A stretch of 64,000 nt of DNA from the human T2T-CHM13v2.0 reference genome, Homo sapiens, in NCBI RefSeq assembly GCF_009914755.1, contig NC_060932.1, one strand, 5' to 3'. Positions 43,251 to 64,000 of this stretch are shown here, piece by piece. Made by a program: the position numbers and the translations under genes. The notes under the pieces were generated by a model, which did no database searches, was not told the origin of the DNA, and saw only the letters and a list, made by a program, of their open reading frames with translations. Numbering within the stretch: the stretch's first letter is position 1; every line of letters starts with the position of its first letter.

Positions 43251-43941
43251 AGCCTGTAACTGCTATATAACTATTAACTACTATATAAAGCACAATATCT
43301 AAAAGAAATATCATGCAGTCATTAAAAACTATCTGTTTCTGTGGAGGAGACCAAGGTACACATTGTGTTTGGCCAATATATTTCAACATTTGTCTCCAGA
43401 GTGTTTAGACAGAAAGAAGCAAGTTGCCTTCATAAAGCTAAAGTCACATTTCTTCCCTTACAGAATTTCAAAACAGCCTTTATGAAAAGTGAGTTATAGA
43501 ATTTTTTTTTAGTAACAGACAATTGTTTTTAGTGAAGTACAGCTTTTATGCAATATTCTAGAAAAGTGATCACTTTCAAATTAACCTAGCATAAAACCTT
43601 TACCTGGTGTACATTCGACATACATGAAACTTGGGAATGCAGACTTCCACGTTTCTCCCTGAGTTACTGATCTAGTGAACACCAGTGTCACTGTGATCCA
43701 AGGCAGAAAATCAAACATTGCAAGCACCCTGGGATCCTTACACATGTCCCTTCTCAACCATAACCTGCTCTCCTCCCCTAGAGGTACCTACTAGTCTGAG
43801 TTCTATGGTAACGATTTTCTTTATTTGTTTAGTTTTATCTTCAAGTAAAAACAATAGGCTGTAATTTTGCCTGTTACTAAACTCTATGTACATAGAATTA
43901 TATACTGTGGTTTCTTTTGCTCAGCACTTTGTTTATACAAC

Positions 43942-45829
<1,888 letters not shown>

Positions 45830-46295
45830 TCACTCTGTTGCCCAGGCTGGAGTGCAGTGGTGTGATCATGGCTCATTGTAGCCTTGACTTCCTGAGCTCA
45901 AGTGATCCTCCCACCTCAGCTTCCTGAGTACCTGGGATTACAGGCACATGTCACCACGTCCAACTAATTTTTGTATTTTTTTAGAGTTGGGGTCTGGCTA
46001 TGTTGCCCAGGCTAGTCTCAAACTCCTGGCCTCATGTGATCCTCCTGCTTTGTCCTCCTAAAGTGCTGTAATTACAGATGTGAGCCACTGTGCCCAGCCA
46101 TGATTTTCTTTTAACCACACTTATTAGTGTATGACCTTTAGTTCATATGTTTCATTTTTGCATAGTATTCCATTATATGACTATACCACATTGTACTCTT
46201 GATGAGCATGTTGGTTGTTTCTGGTCTGTGGCTATTACAATGTGTTTCCAGTACTGTTGTTCTGTGTTCTGATGCATGTGAGTGCATCATTTAAA

Positions 46296-46326
<31 letters not shown>

Positions 46327-46623
46327 CATCTGGCCAGGCACGGTCGCTCACGTCTGTAATCCCAGCACTTTGGGAGGCCGAGGCAGCTGGATCATGAGGT
46401 CAGGAGTTCGAGACCAGTCTGGCCAACATAGTGAAACCCCATCTCTACTAAAAATACAAAAAATTAACCAGGTGTGGTGGTGTGTGCCTGTAATCCCAGC
46501 TACTCGGGAGGCTGAGGGCTGAGGCAGAAGAATCGCGTGAACCTGGGAAGCAGAGGTTGCAGTGAGCCGAGACCATGCCATTGCACTCCAGCCCGGGGAA
46601 CAGTGTGAGACTCTGTCTCAAAA

Positions 46624-46657
<34 letters not shown>

Positions 46658-46679
46658 TATGTATCTTAGCATTACTGGG

Positions 46680-47063
46680 TGTCTTAGTCGTTTTGTGTTA
46701 CCATAATAGAATACCTGAGGCTGGTAATTTATAAAGAAAAGAGGTTTATTTGACTAATGATTCTGGAGGCCAAAAGGTTCAAGACTGGGTAGCTTTATCT
46801 AGTGAGGGCCTCAGGCTGCTTCAACTCATGGGGGGAAAGTGGAAGGGGAGTAGTATGTGCAAGGAGATCACATAGCAAGAGGGGAAGCAAGAGAGAGAAA
46901 CCAAGGAAGACAGCTAATCTATTCTGCAAGAGCAAGAACCCACTTATCCTTGAGGTAGGGCATTCATCTATTCATGAGGAATGACCCAAACAGCTCCCAC
47001 TAGGCCCTGCCTCTCAACCCTGAATGAGTTTTGGTAGGGACAAAACACATCCAAACTATAGCA
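46680..47063 (-). mobile_element. MST-family MaLR solo LTR
   Basis: TGTCTTAGTC...CCAAACTATAGCA termini with perfect 5-bp TSD CTGGG (46675-46679 and 47064-47068). Confidence 0.88.
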
Positions 47064-47529
47064 CTGGGTGATAACAATGTGTATCTTTAGCTTTCCTACA
47101 TAATGCCAACCTATTTTCCAAAGCCACTTGGAATTGTTAAGCTTTTCCATTTTTGCCAACGTAGTGGATGTGTATGGTATATAAAGATATTTCTAATTTG
47201 CATTTTCTTGATTACTAATGAGATTGATCATCTCTTCATGCATTTATTTGCCATTTTGGGTTTTCTGTTTTGTGCAGAATCTTAAGCTTTTATGTTTTGC
47301 CTTTCACATTGAAGTCTATGTAGTATAACGTAGGGATGCAATTTCTTTTCCTCTGTGGGTGCCCAATTGACCCAGCACCATTGTTCAGAACACCGTCCTT
47401 TTCTCAATCTTCTGCAATGAAGCCTTTGTCTAGTCTCAAGCATCCACATATGCATGGATCTGTTTGTGAGTTCTCTACTGTGTCCCATTATTTGATGTAG
47501 CTATTTCTGCCCTAATACTATACCCTATT

Positions 47530-47932
47530 TGAACAAAAAGAGGATGATTTAATGCTAATATATGGAGTGGAGAAATTCAACAAGGCCTGTCTGTTCAGGT
47601 TTCCTTGGCCTCACTGTTCCTCCCTGCAACACCCAGTGGAAGAGGAGCCCTCTGGAACTAGGGTTTAGTTTCTTTACAGCCAGCTGTCACATAGAAAGGC
47701 AGGGCTGGAGGAAGGTTAGAGTAGTATTTTCAGGTGCCACGGCTGGCTTTGGGGGAAAAGGGTTCTGGTTTCTATGACCTGCCAGGGGGAAGAGAGATTC
47801 TAGTTGCTGTGGCTTGCTTCAGAGAGGATGAGTGGCCACAGAGAGGAGGGCAGGAGAAGGTCAGAGAGAGACTGTGATTGTGAAGCTGATGCTTAGACCT
47901 TCATTTGGGATATTCTTTTCTGAGCCCCAACA
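47530..47932 (-). mobile_element. ERV1-class LTR, MER31-like
   Basis: Reverse strand starts TGTTGGGGCTCAGAAAAGAATATCCCAAATGAAGG and contains CTCTGACCTTCTCCTGCCC and CATAGAAACCAGAACCC. Confidence 0.7.
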
Positions 47933-47953
47933 ACATACATTCATATGACCCAT

Positions 47954-48530
47954 TGTTAATGAAAAGAGTCAAACTCTGGAAAATATTTGAAGAGATTTAT
48001 TCTGAGCCAAATATGAGTGATTAATGGCCTGTGACACAGCCCTTAAGAGATCCTGAGAACATGTGCCCAGGGTGGTTGGGGCACAGTGGGGTTTTATACA
48101 TTTTCGGGAGGCATAAGACATCAATCAAATACATGTAAGATACACATTGGTTCCTTTGGAAGGACAAGACAACTCAAAGTGTAGGGAGAGGGGTGCTTCC
48201 GGGTCCTAGGCCGATTTAAATATGTTCTGATTAGCAATTGGTTAAGTTGTTATCAATAGAATGTCCAGGTTGTGATAAGGGGTTGTGGAGACCAAAGTTT
48301 TATTATGCAGATGAAGCCTCCAAGTAACAGGCTTCAGAAAGAATAGATTGTAAATGTTTCTCATCAGACTTAAGGTCGGCCTTGATGTTAATGACCCACC
48401 CTCACCCCCACCTCCTTCCATCATGGCCTGAACAAGTTTTTCAGGTTAACTTTGGAAAGCCCTTGGCAGAGAGGAAGGGTCTATTCAGATGGTTTGGTGT
48501 TGGGTTCAGAATTTTATTTTTTGGTTTACA
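47954..48530 (-). mobile_element. ERV1 solo LTR, MER4 group (MER4D/E-like)
   Basis: Reverse strand TGTAAACCAAAAAATAAAATTCTG...GAGTTTGACTCTTTTCATTAACA, TG...CA termini, perfect 4-bp TSD CCAT (47950-47953 and 48531-48534). Confidence 0.88.
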
Positions 48531-48809
48531 CCATTATATCCGATCATATATAAATACAAACAAAAACTTCACCAAATATTACTTTCTTTTTCTAATGGTG
48601 TGTGTGTTTTGGGACAGGATCTCTGTCCCTCAGACTGGAGTGCAGTGGTGATTTCTGCTCACTGCAGCCTCAAACTCCCAGCTCAAGCGATCCTCCCACT
48701 TCAGCCTTCCGAGTAGCTGGAACCACAGGCACCCACATGATGCCCAGCTAATTTTTGTATTTTTGGTAGAGATGGGGTCGCATTAGATTGCCCAGGCTGG
48801 TCTCGACCT

Positions 48810-49900
48810 CCCTGGCTCACATGATCCTCCCGCCGCGGCCTCCGAGCGGCTGGGATCAGGCGTTAATCACCGCGCCCGGGCTTTATATTTCGTTTTGAAA
48901 ATGCTGAGATGGACGCAAAGGGCTGAGTGCTCAGTGTCCCCCAGTCACCCTCAGTTGCAGCTTCCGTCCAAAGAAGGAATCGCCCTCTCCCTGCTGGGGC
49001 CACTAACAGCACTAACACGGTCCGAATGGCATCGGCAAAGCTCGGGAACGGCGACAGATGGGAAGACGCGTGGGAGCCTGGGGGATCTCGGGAGAGCCGC
49101 GCAAACTCGCGGCGGACGCAGCCAGCACCCGCAGCCAGCACCCGCACACTCCCACCCATACCCCGGCAGCCCGCCAAGACTCTCTGGCCCGCACCTCTAT
49201 GGTAGGAAACCCAGAAAACAGGAAGTGGCCTCGAGAGGGGGAAGGGAGGGGCGGGGCCTCCGCCACCACCTCAGCTGCGGACCGAGGCGAGATGGCGGCC
49301 ACCGAGGGGGTCGGGGAGGCTGCGCAAGGGGGCGAGCCCGGGCAGCCGGCGCAACCCCCGCCCCAGCCGCACCCACCGCCGCCCCAGCAGCAGCACAAGG
49401 AAGAGATGGCGGCCGAGGCTGGGGAAGCCGTGGCGTCCCCCATGGACGACGGGTTTGTGAGCCTGGACTCGCCCTCCTATGTCCTGTACAGGTAACGCCC
49501 CCGCGGCGGCCGCGGCTCGGGACACTCCCTGGAGGCCCAGCGGCCCCAAGACCCGCGGCGCGCGCTTCCGGCCCCGGCGCGCCAGGCCGAAGTTCCCGTG
49601 GCGCCGCGTGGGCCGGTGCATGGCGCTGGGCCCGGGCGGCTGCCGGGACGTCGCCGCTTCCCAGGGCGGCGCCGGCGCGAGACCGCGGGGACGCGAAGCA
49701 GCGAGGTCTCGGCTTTCCGCCTGCTTTAAGCCACGCGGAAACTGCTGCACCCTTGACTGCACTCGTTCAGCTGTTCAGGCGTCGCGAATCGTAAATATAA
49801 GAAATTTCCCGCTCTCTTCCACGGCTTCCCAGAACGCTGTGTCGCTAACAACCAGTGAAGACCCAAGGGCTAGGGTGCAGTTCTGGTAGCCGGGCAGGAA
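48810..49900. promoter_or_regulatory. FNTA CpG-island promoter: ETS site CAGGAAGTG (49219-49227), GC box GGGGCGGGGC (49248-49257), YY1-like GAGATGGCGGC over the ATG
   Basis: Abrupt GC- and CpG-rich segment spanning exon 1, motifs read directly, no TATA box seen. Confidence 0.88.
49292..49491 (+). CDS. FNTA: FNTA (farnesyltransferase/geranylgeranyltransferase type-I alpha subunit) exon 1 coding part, [66 protein letters not shown](R)
   Basis: ATG in strong context (GAGATGG), recognisable Pro/Gln-rich FNTA N-terminus, donor AG|GTAACG at 49492 (phase 2). Confidence 0.97.
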
Positions 49901-50620
49901 ACCAGGGCCAGATTTGCTCACCCTAAAAACGAAGTGTGAGGGCTTCCAGTGGCTGGCTCTGCTTGGAGCCCAGAGACATTTTCATCCAATCTGTATTTTA
50001 GCGCCTCGTATCAGCCAGGCTAAAGGCTGAAAAGAGATTTGCTACTGAACCTCTCTTAAGTCTCCCTGCATCGCCTCGTACATAATACAAGTGAGGTGTA
50101 CTGGGGACTGCGGTAACTTTCTTGCCTCTGTCACCCCGTCTTTGCTGACACCCAGTTCCATCAGTTCTTTGCTTTCAGATGGTAATGTTGATTCCTAATT
50201 CCCTGTGAACCTGCAGAGATAATCGCCTTAGGTCTTACTTCTGTAGTTCTAGGTAAATCCATTCGATGGCTTGTTTACCTTGATTTTGTGAATGAGTAGA
50301 AGTCACTACCCATATATATTTTTTTGATTGGAGATAGTGTTTTACTGATTTAAATTGGTAGCCCCATAATCCTCAAGTCTGCTCTCTGGATTGTGAAATA
50401 CTCAGGTTCTCACGTGACTGTGGGTGATTTCCTGGTGACTAAATACAGCCTTACCTTTCCCAGGCCACTCCCCCAGGCTCTAGGTGTCACGTCTTAGGTC
50501 ATGATTTCACTTGTATTTCTCCCTGTATAATGGACACAATTACTAGCATTGCGCATTGGATGCCACAGAATCTCTGCTGTCAACAGCTGATCATTATAGA
50601 GAAATAAAAAGTGAAAGGAA

Positions 50621-51774
<1,154 letters not shown>

Positions 51775-52036
51775 CTACTTATAAAACTTTAAATTTGAAA
51801 ACTGTTGATTAGCTTTTCAGCATCTGAGGGTTATTTGTTTTAATTTTACTTTAATAGTTTAATGTGTAAAACATATTGGCAAAACTTGGTCATGAAGAAT
51901 CCAACCATGATTACATTATGAGCCCTGTAAGTTATTAATATCAATGTAACTGTAATTATTGTCATTTTAAAAACACTAGAGTCCCTTTTCTTCTGTATTT
52001 GAATGTAACCACTGGTTGGGGAATGTCTGTTTTCAG

Positions 52037-52122
52037 GGACAGAGCAGAATGGGCTGATATAGATCCGGTGCCGCAGAATGATGGCCCCAATCCCGTGGTC
52101 CAGATCATTTATAGTGACAAAT
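52037..52122 (+). CDS. FNTA: FNTA exon 2, 86 nt, [28 protein letters not shown]
   Basis: Acceptor gttttcAG, donor GTAAGT at 52123, frame continuous with exons 1 and 3. Confidence 0.97.
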
Positions 52123-52879
52123 GTAAGTTTGTTTATATTAGGAAAAGGTCTGTAAGTTAAATATAGTAGCAGAATTGGAATTCACAACTATGTAGCAAGA
52201 TAGATGACAAATTTCTGTCTAATAAAAATCTGAATGACTTAAGATGAGTTAATTTTGTGTTTTTTTTATGTGTGTGTGTGATTTAGCTTTATGATTAAAA
52301 GTTTTATTTTGCCCAAAGACTGGACATATTCTAAATAATAAACGTTACAGTATAGTAGATAATAGCTACTATGTGATTGTGGTTTTCTTTTCTTTGCTGG
52401 AGACTCCACCGCCAGGGAGATTATGCATGTACCACACAATATAAATGAGTTACTGTTTTTAGAATAAACTTTGGTTGCTGAAACATCAGGATTTAAACAT
52501 ATATTTTGGCAGTGAAGTGTTCAGCTCAGTTGGAATACATTTATTGATATTAAAATGAGTGGATTTTTTTCTTTGACAAAATATTCTTTTGTAATGAATG
52601 TGAAAGTGTAAATTGAAGGTCGTGGAAATGTTAATTGTTAGTTCTTCTAGGAAAGGGAAAATGAATAAAATGGAATGATAGTTTTGTAATTTTATGTATA
52701 TATATTTCTTTCAGTTAAGGCTTTTCTAAGATCATTCTTTTACAAAAGCATTTTTTTCTGCTAATAAAATGACAATAAATGTTTAAAAAAGCATAATGAT
52801 AGGTTTGCCGTATTAAGTGTGCAGATATATTACTAAACTTAATGATTAAGTGGAAGTAGCACAGAAGTAGATTTGTAAA

Positions 52880-56680
<3,801 letters not shown>

Positions 56681-57017
56681 TCGGTTAAAAATCTGATCAA
56701 AATGTCAGAAAAACAGCTATATGAATATATTTGAATATATGCAACCCTAATTTTTCTTTTATACATAAGGCCTATGGGAGATATGGAATCTGGCATGAAC
56801 TCATGCACACACGTAAGCAGTAAGCATACAGTTATACATAAATAGTCCATGCTTTTTGTGGCTGAGGCACTAGGGCATTATTAGGGTGGCGGCCACAGCC
56901 ATTTGACTTTATTTTGCTTGTTGGTATAAATGATACACAGGCCAATAAAATATCTTTATAGGTATAGTGACATTATACATTATAGTGCTAATTTTAAGTA
57001 AGATGGTCCTAATGTAG

Positions 57018-57152
<135 letters not shown>

Positions 57153-57254
57153 TAAGTAATACACATCATCAGTATTCCCTGCTTAAATGTTTTACTTCAA
57201 GTGGCTTTTCTTTTTTTAAACTGTACTTTAATTTTTTTAAACTGTACTTTATTT

Positions 57255-62362
<5,108 letters not shown>

Positions 62363-62425
62363 ATAATTGTTAAATTATACAGATTACCTGCCAAAAATTT
62401 GTCTAACTGTATTGCTGACTTGTAG

Positions 62426-62602
<177 letters not shown>

Positions 62603-62605
62603 TAA

Positions 62606-63280
<675 letters not shown>

Positions 63281-64000
63281 AAACTAAAAACTTTACCATT
63301 GTAGCCTGTTGATTACAAGATTGTTGTATTTCTAAGAAATTACATTATAAAATAATTGGTTTAATGGGAAAAGAGATTAAATGGAGAGTTGCAGACCCTC
63401 ACTAAAGTTATTTACCCTGTGGAATTAAGGTGCTTTTATGTAAAAATCTGTAGCTATAAAATTCTGACATCACAGGCATTAGTGTTTGATTACATCGAGT
63501 TTTTGCTAAAGAGAAATTGCTTTTCTTTTCTGGATACTGCACACTGTCATTAGCACTTCATCACCCACTGTTATGTAAAACACAAAACCACTCAAAGTAG
63601 CTGCTATGGAAAGCCCAGCAGTTTTGAAATTGTTGTACATTTCTAATTATCCGCTCTGTTCGTTTTATAACCAGTGTAGTACAGGCGATGCAAATTCTGT
63701 ATCCCAGTTAACTAATCACTTTTATTAACTTCTAACTGAAAACTTATGCTATAACATAAAGCCGTGTAACTCCTTAAATCCGAGAACATCAGCATGAACT
63801 TTTTCTTCCTCAGTTTGATATCCTGGAGGATCTGATTCTTAGCTTTTCTAAATTACTGAACTCACCAGCAACCTGGAAAAATAAAATCCAGCTAGTGTTC
63901 ACTGACTTGGAAGATTTCTAAAATAAATTTGGAAACCTTCTGTCTAGGCTTTTGTTTTTGGTAGTATCTTGTCTTAATCTGTAAGACGAATTTTTTAATT

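Noticed and set aside
49086-49095. TCTCGGGAGA resembling the TCTCGCGAGA promoter palindrome
   Set aside because: The mismatch is in the CGCG core, so the site is not supportable.
48895-49794. 299-aa + strand ORF and several antisense ORFs over FNTA exon 1
   Set aside because: Expected in a GC-rich CpG island. It is out of frame with FNTA, starts upstream of the likely TSS, runs into intron 1 and has low-complexity composition.
50081-50125. Faint resemblance to the U1 snRNA 3' end (CATAAT...GGGGACTGCG...CTTT)
   Set aside because: Only ~10 nt of exact match, no 5' U1 sequence, no tail or TSD; probably chance.
57211-57251. 21-bp tandem duplication (TTTTTTTAAACTGTACTTTAA) near the exon 3 donor
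   Set aside because: Ordinary slippage next to an Alu tail, ~60 nt from a consensus donor, with no sign of function.

Overview
Primate, almost certainly human, genomic DNA (it carries an AluYa5 and a full-length SVA). I recognise the locus from the proteins as HOOK3-FNTA (8p11). On the + strand it holds the last five coding exons of HOOK3 (778-11429), a ~12 kb HOOK3 3' UTR with several inverted Alu pairs ending at poly(A) signals near 23.4 kb, a ~25 kb repeat-dense intergenic region (antisense SVA, MaLR/ERV1 LTRs, old L1/L2, dozens of Alus), and the FNTA CpG-island promoter with coding exons 1-4 (49292-62601). All exon junctions were checked by hand and keep frame. Best lead: the HOOK3 stop codon lies inside a GT splice donor (GCA AG|GTAGAG) of the same phase as the FNTA exon 1 donor (TAC AG|GTAACG), so a read-through splice to FNTA exon 2 would give a seamless full-length HOOK3-FNTA(68-end) fusion. 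Second lead: FNTA exons 2-4 (306 nt) are flanked by inverted Alus and would form a circle with a stop-free ORF. Most ORFs in the supplied track are Alu/SVA artefacts. Subfamily names for old repeats are from recall of consensus sequences and their boundaries are approximate; not every Alu is listed individually.
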